From Monocercomonoides exilis PA203 (Eukaryota; Protista; Preaxostyla), in the NCBI GenBank assembly GCA_001643675.2, contig LSRY02000047.1, positions 186,001-250,000 of the forward strand: a stretch of 64,000 nucleotides of DNA, written 5' to 3'. Below the pieces are notes generated by a model. The model was not told the origin of the DNA, searched no databases, and was given only the letters and a program-made list of their open reading frames with translations. The position numbers and the translations under genes were made by a program. Shown piece by piece: positions 25,956 to 36,844 of this stretch. Position 1 is the first letter of the stretch, and each line of letters opens with the position of its first letter.

Positions 25956-26098
25956 TTTCCTTTTCGTTCTCAACAAAAACGGAATTTGATATCCCTTTCA
26001 CCAATACAAACAAGATAATAATTTTCTTTTTTTGAAAAGAAACAAGAAACAAACTTTTGTGCATCTTTTGGAACTTTATGATATCAAGAAATAAATAT

Positions 26099-26276
26099 GC
26101 TGTAAAATTTTTTCGTTTATGAAAAAAACAACTATTTGTTCCAAACTTTTTCCACAACCTTGTCATGAGAAATCTTGCATTCCTATGTCAAAAAAATACA
26201 GAAAAATTCTTAAACTGAGAAAAATATTTGTTAGAGAAGAATGGAACAAAATTCTTAAAGCAAAAAATTTTGTCCC
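26099..26276. mobile_element. ~178-bp MITE, copy A (4-bp TSD ATAT; Sola1-like AWWT target)
   Basis: ATAT|GCTGTAAAATTTTTTCGTTTATG ... CTTAAAGCAAAAAATTTTGTCCC|ATAT; the internal sequence TTTGTTCCAAACTTTT..AAAAAAATACAGAAAA..GGAACA is shared with 35633-35808. Confidence 0.7.
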
Positions 26277-26621
26277 ATATGGAAAGAAATTATTTGATTT
26301 TTGAATTAGAAAAAAAGTCTAATCTCCTCATAATTGAAAGAAAAAATAATTTCTGATGATTATTTTTCAAAAACTCCATACACATTCTATAAAAAAGCAC
26401 TTTCATTCCAATCAGTCAATTGAAAAAACACCAAAAATGACTTTTATTAAGGTAAATTGATCAATGGGCCAGTTATTTTCCTGTTTTTCCCGAAAGGCAC
26501 ATGAAGTTGGCGCTGCTTCCACGTCATTTTCCGAAGAAAACACATCGTTTGCGCATATTCTTTTTTTTTCTTTTTGAAGCACTTTTCCTTGCAAACTGAA
26601 CATGACGTTTTGGAAATTTGA

Positions 26622-28119
26622 ATGAAACTGGGTTCTGCTAAATTGACCGAAGATAGAATTTCAGAATCTTCAATAGCGCACAAGTTTTCAAGTTTGCTTG
26701 TTTTCTTTGTTTATTCTCTAATTGTGAAATTTTGTGTATATTAATTTATTTATTTTATTTTTTCAGAATTGTTTGATGAACTGGAGAATTGCAATGAGGA
26801 TAGTCAAAAACAGAAAATCCTTGAAATGAATGAAGTGACGGAAGATATGAACGAAAAAGAATTTTTATCCGTTTTCACAAAAGAACTGTTCGACAAAATA
26901 AACAAAATGATTGAAGAAAAGAAAATATCTTTTCAGAATGCACTCTTCTTGCTGAAACACACGGGACGTTGCAATGCGTTGAAGTGCATGCAAATTTCTA
27001 GCTTTGAAGATTGTTCGTTGCGCTATCTCTTTGAAGATATGATTGCTCATGAAAATTTTTCCAAAAATTCTGACGTAGGAGATAGGAAAGATTCTCTGAG
27101 CGAAAAGGATCTTGCTGATCTTTGCAAAAGCTATATTATGCTTGGTAGCTCAGTTGATGGATACTTTTTATGTGTCTGCGGCGTTATCTCGTGAATGCTG
27201 CATCAGAAAAAGAGGAAAACAAAGAAATTCAAAAAGAAGTGGAAATGGCTTTGTTGGCTTTGAGCACAGTTGAACGGTGGAATGTGTGATTAATTTATAG
27301 CCCGATTTGTCGAATTATTTTGAGTTTTTTATTGACGTATTTCTTTATTTTTATTAGGTTGAATCTCAAGGATCACGTTTGAATAATACAATAGAAATCA
27401 TCAAATATCATCAGGAACATCATAATCTGACTCGGCTTGGCTATCAATCTGCTTGGAACTATTTGAATAAAAGATATTATTTTGATTTCAAATTGGGAGA
27501 AGTTGTTTCGAATGAACTGCACTTTTTGAGAGAGGCAACAAGAGAACTGGATGAACTGACAAGATATGTGGATTGGAAGAGAAAAGAAGGAGATAAAAGA
27601 GAGAGAGAAAGGGAAGAAGAATATGTTTTATTGAGATGGTTGCTAACATTGGAGCGTTTCTTGAGCGTATGCTTCGTGCCAAATGAAGAATATGTTGGGC
27701 TTATTGGTAGCATTATGAGTGTTTTTCGAGCATCAAGGGATAAAAATAAAGCAATTAGTTTCTTGTGCACTCTGTCCCTTGAACACTCAGCGAAAAAAAG
27801 ATTTGTGAAGATTGATTACTTGCTGAGCCTTGGAGTTTTTGATTCTTTTTTGGAGGAGGCTCAACGATTGACAATGGATGATGAAATAACACATAAAAGC
27901 TTGACATTTTTTGAATCTATTTCGCGGAGGCTGAAAGGAAAGGAGGATGATGAACTGGAAGAAGCGAAAAGAAAGATAGACAAAAGGAAAACATTTGAAT
28001 GGATGGAAGAGGAAGGATTAGAAAGCATCATAATTAGCTTTTATGAAGAAATTGATTTTTTCAACAAAAGAAATCATCATTTATCGCTAGATGTTGCAGA
28101 TTATTTCGTAAATACTTGA
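26622..28119 (+). pseudogene. lineage-specific 'YHQEHHNLTRL' helical family paralog 1; frameshift near 27180
   Basis: 3-exon layout like the paralogs. The exon-2 frame stops at TGA 27192-27194, while the family motif RYLVNAASEKEENKEIQKEVEMALLALS continues in a shifted frame. Could be an assembly error. Confidence 0.65.
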
Positions 28120-28391
28120 AAAAATGAAATGTGTTGAATTTTGTAACTCAAAAATTTCCGTTTTTCTTTTTGTGTCATTTCTCAAAATGAAAAATAAGAA
28201 GCTATCTGTGGCTGTTTAAAAACGTTTTTTAATGCCATTTCATTTTGATGAAGAAAAGACAAACAAGCAGACAGTCTTTTTGTTTTTCTTTTTTCTGGAT
28301 TTGCTGCTTTTCAAAGAAGTGAGAAGAAAAATAATTAAATTTATATAAAAATACCTTTATTTTGTTTCAAAGTCAAATGAAATCCATTTCT

Positions 28392-29850
28392 TCAAATATT
28401 CACAAAATAATCAGAAGTATTCAACGATAATAAACGGTCAAATTTTACATTAAAAAATCCAAAAGTTTCATTAAAGCTTGTGATGATATCTTCACATCCT
28501 TCTTCTTCCATCTTTTCAAGCGCTTTCCTTTTGATTGCCTTCCTGTAAGCTTCATCTGCTTCGTTATTCGTCTGCCCTTTCAATCTCCTTGAAATTATAT
28601 CAAAAAAATCCAAGAATTCGCACGCCATTTTGTCATTCAACGTTAGTTGCCGAATCTCTTCCAAAACAGTATCAACAGCTCCGCTCTCCAGCAAGTCATC
28701 AACTTGCACGCCTTTGCTTTTTGCTGCTTCTACAAATAAAACAATGCACCAGAAGCTAATTTCTCTGAAATTGTCCTTCGCAGCTCTAAATGTCTGAGCA
28801 ACGCATCTGATAAGCTCTGAATATTTTTCATTCCGCAATAAGCATGAGCCCAAGAAATACTCCAATAATTGCACCCATCTTAATAAAATATTTTCTTCTT
28901 CCGGTTCTTTTTCTCCTCCCTCTTCTTTCTCTTTCTTCAAATATACATATCTCATCAGCTCTTCCAACTCCTTTATTGCCTCCTTCGTTAAATGCAGCTC
29001 GTTCGAAATAACAGCTTCCAAGCTTTTGTCTTTGTATATTCGCCTAATCAAAAACATCCACATAGAATAATAGGCAAATCGTGTCAGATTGTGATGCACC
29101 TGATGATAACTCATTATTTCTGTTATTTCATTAAAATACAGTTCTTGTTTCAAATGCTTATAAAATGAGAAAGAAGTAATAAAAATAATAAAAAAAAAAT
29201 ATTCAAACAATAAAGTTACTAATACGGCTCAAAGCCAGCAATGCCATTTCCACTTTTTTTTGAACTTCTTCGCTTTCTTCTTTCTTTGAGGCAACTTTCA
29301 AAAGGCAAGGAACACAAATTGAAAGCAATTCCGATGAAATCCGAAGGTTGCTCAAAAAAACAAAGCATTCGCAAAGATCAAAAAGAAGCATTTCGTTCTT
29401 TTCTTCTTTTTTCTCATTTTCATCTATTATCATCTTCTCAAATCTTTCACTCAGCAATGAATTATTAAAAGAAAAATGAGAAAATCTTTTCAATGCTTTG
29501 CAATATCCAATATGCTTCAGTAACAGAATAGCATTCTCCAAAGTCAATTTCTTTTCTTCAATCATTTTGTCAATTTTATTGTACAGTTCTTCCTCCAAAA
29601 ATAATCTAAATTCTTCTTTTTCCATTTCATAAATCATTTTATTCATTTCTTTAATTTTCTGTTTTTGTTCATCCTCATTGCAAATTTCCAGCTCATGGAG
29701 CAATTCTGCAAAGACATTTAAAATATTAAAATTCATTCTTTATTATTCCATCCAAATAAAAAAGCAAACTTGAAAACTTCTCGGTTCGAGTCACTGCAAG
29801 AATTCTTTCTTCACACCTTTGATCATCGCATATGCTAGTTCTGTAATTTA
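28392..29850 (-). CDS. lineage-specific 'YHQEHHNLTRL' family paralog 2 (start uncertain)
   Basis: ORFs 29203-29736 and 28392-29210 share TEKFS-KL, QKKVEMALLALS, YHQVHHNLTRFAY, KMEEEG and SDYFVNI* with the other copies; intron positions are equivalent. Confidence 0.8.
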
Positions 29851-30299
29851 AAAAAAATTACAATTAAAATGAGTTAAACTTTCAAATTCACAGCAGAATT
29901 GACAAATGCAAACATCATCAATTATTGTTCAAATGAAAAATATAGCAGTTTCAAAACAAATTTTTTTGCAATAAAATGGAATTAAAAAGCGAACACAAGG
30001 AAATAAGTTGGATTGGCTGTTTAATGCAAGAAAAGTGAATCTTTTGATTCGATTTGATCAAACCAACAAAAAATTGTTTGCTTTCGGTTTTGTGAAAATG
30101 AAGCGAGGAGCTCTTCTTTCCTGAAGACATTGCTTCGTGGCTTTGAAACAAAATTTATTTTATAATTGGAATGGAAATCTTGCTGAAGAGAATTCGAAAA
30201 GAGGAAATATCAATTCTTGAAGAGAAAGTGTTTTATGGCTTTTTTTGGGAAGAACAACATGAATGAAAAAGTGGACACATGATACTGGCCTTCTTATCA

Positions 30300-33200
30300 T
30301 TTTTCTTTAGTTGCTAATGTTAGCATCTGTTTCAAAATGACTCATAGAATTGCCAAAGATTCAAAGAAATGAATTTTTAAAAATCAAAATGAATTGACAG
30401 AACAAAAGAATATTCCAATCTTTGCAATTGGGTATGAGCAAAAAAAAAAGCATAATGGATGATGATTGCAGCAAAGTTGTTTCATTGTGAAAATGATTCA
30501 TTGGATTTGGAAATGGATTATTTGAAGAAAAGCAACGAGGCCATCAGAATAAGAAAAGACTTCGTGATAGATTCTTTGCGAACAAGAAGAAAACGCGTAA
30601 GCTTCGTTTTTTTCTTTGTGAATTATCATACATCTGGTCCGATAAAAGCCATTTTATTTCAAATGAAATATGATTGGAAGAGGAATATGACAAATGCATC
30701 TTCATTATGAGCATCATTCGGGGAGCACAAGAACAAATAATATTTTTATCAATTTAAGAGAAAAGTCAGAAGCTATAAATCAGAGAATTCAGCTGCTATC
30801 CCAAAGGGATGAAGAGACCGAAAGGCATTCTGATTCGTTGTTCAAGAATTCTTTTTACATCAACTCATTTTTTTTTTGATCAAGCAAGAAATTCTCCTTT
30901 GGACTTCGGTGGATGCATCATTCATGCAATGGTAAATAAAACCGAAAGATTTCTCCTTTAAAGCGCTCCAAAGTCCTTCTTTTTTCTTTTTATAAACAAC
31001 GCTCTCAAACGAAGAAATTCTGCCTTTTTCGGAGTTTCTGAACTGAGACTCGTCAAAATACCTCGTCTACAGCATCGTCATTTTCTCTGAAAACATTTCT
31101 GATCGCATTTCCTGTCATTGTAGCAGTGGCATTTACTGGGAAGCCATCATGCTCAGCCACAGCTGATGCAATTGATATTAACTCGAATACTCCGGTTCCA
31201 TTGTTGGAAACGCTGCAAAATCTGTCTTATGAGTGGGTCGATCTTCTCAACAAGGATATCTTCAACATTTAATAAGAATGAAGATCAGCCCCTTCTCCAT
31301 TTTTTGGAATCATTGAAATAATATTTTTCTATTTTTTCCTGTTACAACAGAGAATGCCGCAAGATTTTCATTTCTGCACTTGCCTTGCTCTACACACAGG
31401 GATTTATTCAAAGGGAATTGAAAAGCAGACAATTATTTCCAAAAGCGAATGTTTCTGAACAGCCGAATAGAAACAGATTGAAATGAGCAATTTAATGTTA
31501 TCTGAATTAAGACACAACACAGTAGATAATTATAAATAAAACATTGTTGGTTCATACGCTTCAGCTGTTCATATGACAAAGAGAGAAAGTTGCCTCTTTC
31601 TGAAGAAATACTCGAAGTGGATCAGTATTTCAATTTTCTTTATAAATATTGCATTCGTCCATTGCGTATGGAAAGAACAAAGATTTATTTCATCAAATTT
31701 CATTTCCACTCATTTCGATCTTCTCCTTCTTTCACTCAATCAACGGAAAGATTCCAAAACTATCTTCGTCAGCCATTTTTTCACCAAGCACTAGTTAACA
31801 ACATTGGAATCAACCTCATTCACTTTTTCCACTCAACTTCTGTTTCGAAGAAAGGAAGAAAGAAATGAGGAAAGCAGAGAATTACAGGCAGGTTTCATTT
31901 AATAAATATTCATTTTAGCTGCAAGGAAGAGAATGCCTTGAGAAAAGTCTCCTTCCTTCGGATTCACATCGTTTAAAAAATTATTTTTAAAACAGAATTG
32001 CTTAGAGAGTAAGGTTGGCACCAATTTTTTTTTGGAACTCTGGCAATTTCTTCTTCTTCTTCCTTCTTCTCTTCCTCTTTCTCTTCCTCCACATCTGTCT
32101 CTTTTCGATTCTTTAACACAACCAGCTCAATTGCTGCTGGGGAAAGAATAGCATCAATTATTTTCATCTCCATCGTTAACTGTGCCTTCTTCGCAATCTC
32201 TTCCATATTGTGCAATGCTTGATTTTGTTTCATCATGCTGTAGTCTAAATTTTTCAACGGAACACATGTCAATTGAAGAGATTACATTGCTAGCCTCACA
32301 ATTGCCAGACGCAGCAGAATCAATTCAAACAAATAAAAAGACTTATAGCGATGAATTCATTACAAATGTCCACTTGGTCCACGACTCTTCCCTCAACAGC
32401 GTTTCAATTGATGAAATCTGAAAAGAAGAAGAGGAGGATGAAACAAACATTAAGCATCCCCGAAAGCGCACATTTCAAGTCTGATGCAACGCTCATGTGC
32501 AGCCCGTGTCATAGAGCTGTAATGTCAAACGGAAGTGTTTCCAATGTTCGCAGTGTCTGCAGTGAAAGAAGCAGCTTCGATGAAGTCGTTGCGAGTGGAG
32601 TATGCATGAAAAAGAGGCATCAGGCACATCAATTGGCAGATAGCTGCAGCAGTGTTTAAAAATCTGTGATACTAATTATTAACATGGATTGTTTGCAGAG
32701 GATACAAACGTAAACAACTTATTCCGTTCAAATACAGTTTCTTTCTTCTCTTTGTCTTGTTGGTAATCAGAATTGTCGAAGTTGTGAAGAGACATTTTGA
32801 TTCAGACAAAGCAGAGCAAAGCGAAGTACAAATGGAAGACTAGAGCAAGATGTCATTTGAGGGAGGACATTCACAACAGAGAGGAAGTTTGATTGGGGAC
32901 GCAAAGGAATCATTATCTTTCTGATTGATAAGAACAATCAACTGCAAAAATTTGCCTTTTTTGTTTGCTTTGAAAAAAAGATGGAAAAGGAACAATTCGG
33001 ATGATTCTTTGAAACGACATGAAGAAGCGGATATTGAGATTAAGGAAAATGAGAATGCTATCGTTGATTCTCCTGTTCAATTGAACAAACATTGAAAAGC
33101 AAAAACATTACAATCAACGAACATTAGGAGCTCAGCTTCAACTTTATCTTCTGCTTCTGCTTTCGATAATTCTTTGAATCCTGATCCATTCAGATCCTAC

Positions 33201-33550
33201 TTCGAGTCACCTCTTTTGCTTCGTTCTGTTTTAGATAACATCTTCCTGAGAACAATTTGCAATTTTATATTTTCGAAATGGAAGCTTTTATTGGCTCTCA
33301 TGAACAGTGCTTGGTGAAGAGTGCTTGCCAATTACCAGACAAATTCATCAAATTGACCATTTTTTTTACGAATTTCTTCTGTTTTCATTCAAAAATTTGT
33401 TAACTTCTGTTATGATTGAAAGTGAAATTCATCATCTGAATTTTTTGTTCTCTCTCGGAAGATTTCTTGTCTTTCACGTTTTCTCTTTTGGTTAATTTTT
33501 TTTAATTGATTGTTAAACTTCTATCATCATCTTCTTCTCAAAAATGGCGA
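30300..33550 (-). pseudogene. decayed coding sequence, weakly USP/CYLD-deubiquitinase-like
   Basis: Higher GC than the flanks and minus-strand peptide-like stretches broken by stops and frameshifts (e.g. DEFVW*LASTLHQALF..., FLNTAAAICQLMCLMPLF, LSTVLCL/AHFNLF..CLLFNSL). Boundaries and identity are uncertain. Confidence 0.35.
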
Positions 33551-33980
33551 ATCAGTCTTTATTGATAGAATCAAAGCTATATCCGCAAATTCATTTCGTC
33601 CTGTCTCTTGAAATTGTTGTATTGAGTGAGATGTTTCGAAGCGAATTTTTCAATTTCTTTAATTTTGTTTTATTCATCAAAAAGAATATAACAGTTTTTC
33701 AATTTTTTCCCCCGCTTTTGGAGATGAATGCTAAAAATTATCATTATTTTTAAGGTCAAATTATCGATCGAATTCAAAGACAATATTTTTGGAAAAGATC
33801 AAAAATTCCAAAATAAGAGAGTTTGTTTTGAAGAAAAGAAACCGAACTTGTGCATATCTGCATTTCATAATTGGAGATATTATCGAGCAATTTTGTTCGA
33901 GGAAGAAACAGTTATTCTGAGATTCAACACCGAATAAAGAATTCACATTTGCGATTTGAGCAGAACAAATAACGAACGAA

Positions 33981-35441
33981 ATGAATGTTGCTGTGATTGT
34001 CAATGAAACTGATGAATTGCAAGAGCCACCCCCAACCGAAAAGTTTTTGAGTCTGTGCATTGTTTTCTTATCGTAATATAACTCAACTGCATGCTTTTTT
34101 TTTAAAATGATTCTTTAAGAATTGTTTTCAGGACTGGAAGATTGCGAAGAGAAAATTCAAATACAAAAAATTGTTGAAATGATTGAATTAATGGAGGAAA
34201 TGAATAAAGGTGAGTTTGTATCCGTTTTAACAAAACAACTGTTCAATGAAATGGACAAAATAATTGAAGAAGAGAAACTTTCGATGGAGATTGCAATTTT
34301 ACTTCTGAAGCATGCTGGATATTGCAGTGATATTAAAAATGAATGGATTTTTAGTTTTAGAAGATCTTCTCTGAGTAAAAGATTTCAGAATATGATTGAT
34401 GAAGAAGAAAAGAAAAAAGAAAAGAACGTAAAGCTTCTTGTTGATCTTTGTGAGTGCTATCTAACTCTTTATTATGGCTTCTCATCTGAATTTGTATCAA
34501 TCTATGCGACTTACCTTCTGAAAGCTGCATTGAAGAAAGAGGAAAACGAGGAAATTAAAAAAGAGGTGGAAATGGCTTTGCTTTCTTTGAGCAATATTCC
34601 AGGATATTATGTTTGAGCACTTTTTTTTCATTTTTGTTATGCTTGTTTTTTCCCCCTTATTTTTTTAAAAAAGGAAATGGAACAAGAATTGTTTTTGGAC
34701 GAAATCAAAGAAATTATTCAATATCATCAGGAACATCGCAATCTGACACGACTTGCTTATCATTCTGCTTGGCGATTTTTGATTGGAAGATTATTTGCAG
34801 ACAAAAGTTTGAAAGATGTAATCGTGAATGAGATGCATTTTATCGGAGAAGCAAGAAGAGAACTGGATGAACTTTCAAAATATGTGGATTGGAAGAGAAA
34901 AGAAGAGGAAAAAGAAAGACGAAAAAGAAGGGAAGAAGAAAACATTTTTATGAGATGGATCGAAACATTGACAGCTTTCTTTTGTGGATGCACATTGCGA
35001 AATGAAGAATATGTTGGGCTTGTTAGCAGCATTGTGAGTGCATTTCGAACAGCAAGAGATAATTACGGAGAAATAAGCAGAAAATGCATTTATTTATTTG
35101 AAGAAGCAGCGTATAACAGAGCAATAAACATTGATGACTTGTTGAAAGAGGGAGCACTTGATATTGTTTTGGAGGAGATTCAGCAACCAACACTTGATGA
35201 AGAAATGTTATACGAATGCTTCATATTTTTTATGAAAGTTTTTTGGAGATTGAAAGAAAAGACGGATGATGAAAAGGAAGAAGAGGAAAGAAAGGCAACG
35301 AAAATGGAGATGTTCGAAAGGATGGAAGAAGAAGGATATGAAGAGGTCATTGAAAGCTTTCATAAAATAATGGATTTTCTAAACAGTAAATATAATGATG
35401 ATTTATCTTTGAGTATTTCAGATTATTTTGTGAATATTTGA
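33981..35441 (+). CDS. lineage-specific 'YHQEHHNLTRL' family paralog 3 (3 exons, apparently intact)
   Basis: MNVAVIVNETDELQEPPPTEKFL/KLFSGLEDC...KEVEMALLSLS.../MEQELFLDEIKEIIQYHQEHRNLTRLAYHSAW...SDYFVNI*. Confidence 0.85.
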
Positions 35442-35632
35442 AGAAATGAAATGTGTTGAATTTTGTCACTCTTTACTTTCAATTTTCTCTTTTTTCATCA
35501 TTTCACAAAACGATGCAAAAATTAATTTTTTTAAGTTTGTTTAATTGTTTTTTAATTCACTTCATCGAAATGGAAGGAAGTAATAAGAAAATTAGCAAAC
35601 GACTGTTGGATAATCGTTTCTCTTTAGCAAAT

Positions 35633-35808
35633 GGGACAAATATTTTGCAATTATAAAAAAAACAGAGGTTTGTTCCAAACTTTTCTGCAATTATATCATT
35701 GCAAAATTTTCATTTCAATGCAAAAAAATACAGAAAATTTTAAAAATTGAGAGTCGTATTTGAAAGAATGGTGTGGAACATAATTCATAAAGAAAAATGT
35801 TTTGCACC
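35633..35808. mobile_element. ~176-bp MITE, copy B (4-bp TSD AAAT; Sola1-like AWWT target)
   Basis: AAAT|GGGACAAATATTTTGC ... GAAAAATGTTTTGCACC|AAAT; colinear with 26099-26276. Confidence 0.7.
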
Positions 35809-35859
35809 AAATCTTTTCTCCGTTGTGTAGATTCCTATTGTCACAAACAAAAATATTAC

Positions 35860-36330
35860 GGTAAAAGGAGATTATAGGGGAACACGAAATTTTCAAATTT
35901 TTTATTATAAACGGACATAAAATAGTATAAGAATCATTTATTAATTAATTAAAATTTGAGATCATCAATCACAAAAATTTCTTATTTTCAATCAAAACAT
36001 TTTGATCTGACCCAGTATTTTTTAAATAATTTGGGTAAAAATCATAAAAAATCTCCACATTAAGAGATTAGTTTAGGTTCTAGGGTTAGCAAAACAAATA
36101 TTGGGTTTAGGGTTTGTTCCCGTTCTTCTTTATAGGGTAAGCACTCAAAAAATAACATGAAAATTTATTGATCTATCCCATAAATATTAAGAAACCTTGA
36201 TTATTATTTATCAAACAATTTGATGATCTCAAATTTTTATTAATTAAAAAATGATTTATATACTATAAAGAATTCGTTAATAAAAAAAAAAATATGAAAA
36301 ATTCGTGTTCCCCTATAATATACATTTACC
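35860..36330. mobile_element. 471-bp non-autonomous Merlin-type MITE (8-bp TSD AATATTAC, ~110-bp TIRs starting GGTAAA)
   Basis: AATATTAC at 35852-35859 and 36331-36338. GGTAAAAGGAGATTATAGGGGAACACGAA vs right-end reverse complement GGTAAATGTATATTATAGGGGAACACGAA; arms match inward to AAAATTTGAGATCATCAA. Confidence 0.9.
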
Positions 36331-36844
36331 AATATTACTTTCTGAATTCTGTCCCCAGCCTTCCTTCTAATTTCAACATCTTTTCTCCTTCTTTTTTGAA
36401 TCAACTTTCTTGAAAGATGTTTTTACTCCATCAATTATTGCCACCTTTTGTGTCCCCTTCTTAAACGTACTTTCTTGTGAATTTCCATTTCTTTAACACA
36501 TCTTCTTTTATGAGGTTGTGGTGAAATATGAAGATAAATTATCTCAAATTATTGATTATTCAATTGTTTTCTTGTAATTTTCCCAAACAACTGATATTTC
36601 AATTATCCTGCAAACTTTTCAAAAAAGTGACAAATAACTTTCAAAAACTGTTTTTTTCTTTGGATGAGAATTGAATCTTGACATTTTTATTTTTTGCACA
36701 ATCCTTAGCATTTCACTAGTTTGTGGCCAACAAATAATCCCGAATAAAGTGAAATATATTTCTTCCAAAAACCAATCACAATCATGATCATACCATAATA
36801 TTTTAATTTTTTAATTCTGTTTTGATTGGACACAACTCGATAAA

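Noticed and set aside
30300-33550. Stop-codon reassignment (TAA/TAG=Gln, as in some oxymonads) explaining the broken frames
   Set aside because: TGA stops and frameshifts also occur, and intact genes here end in TAA/TAG while using CAA/CAG for Gln.
26099-35808. Composite transposon formed by the two ~177-bp MITEs carrying three family genes
   Set aside because: Each copy has its own TSD (ATAT vs AAAT), indicating independent insertions.
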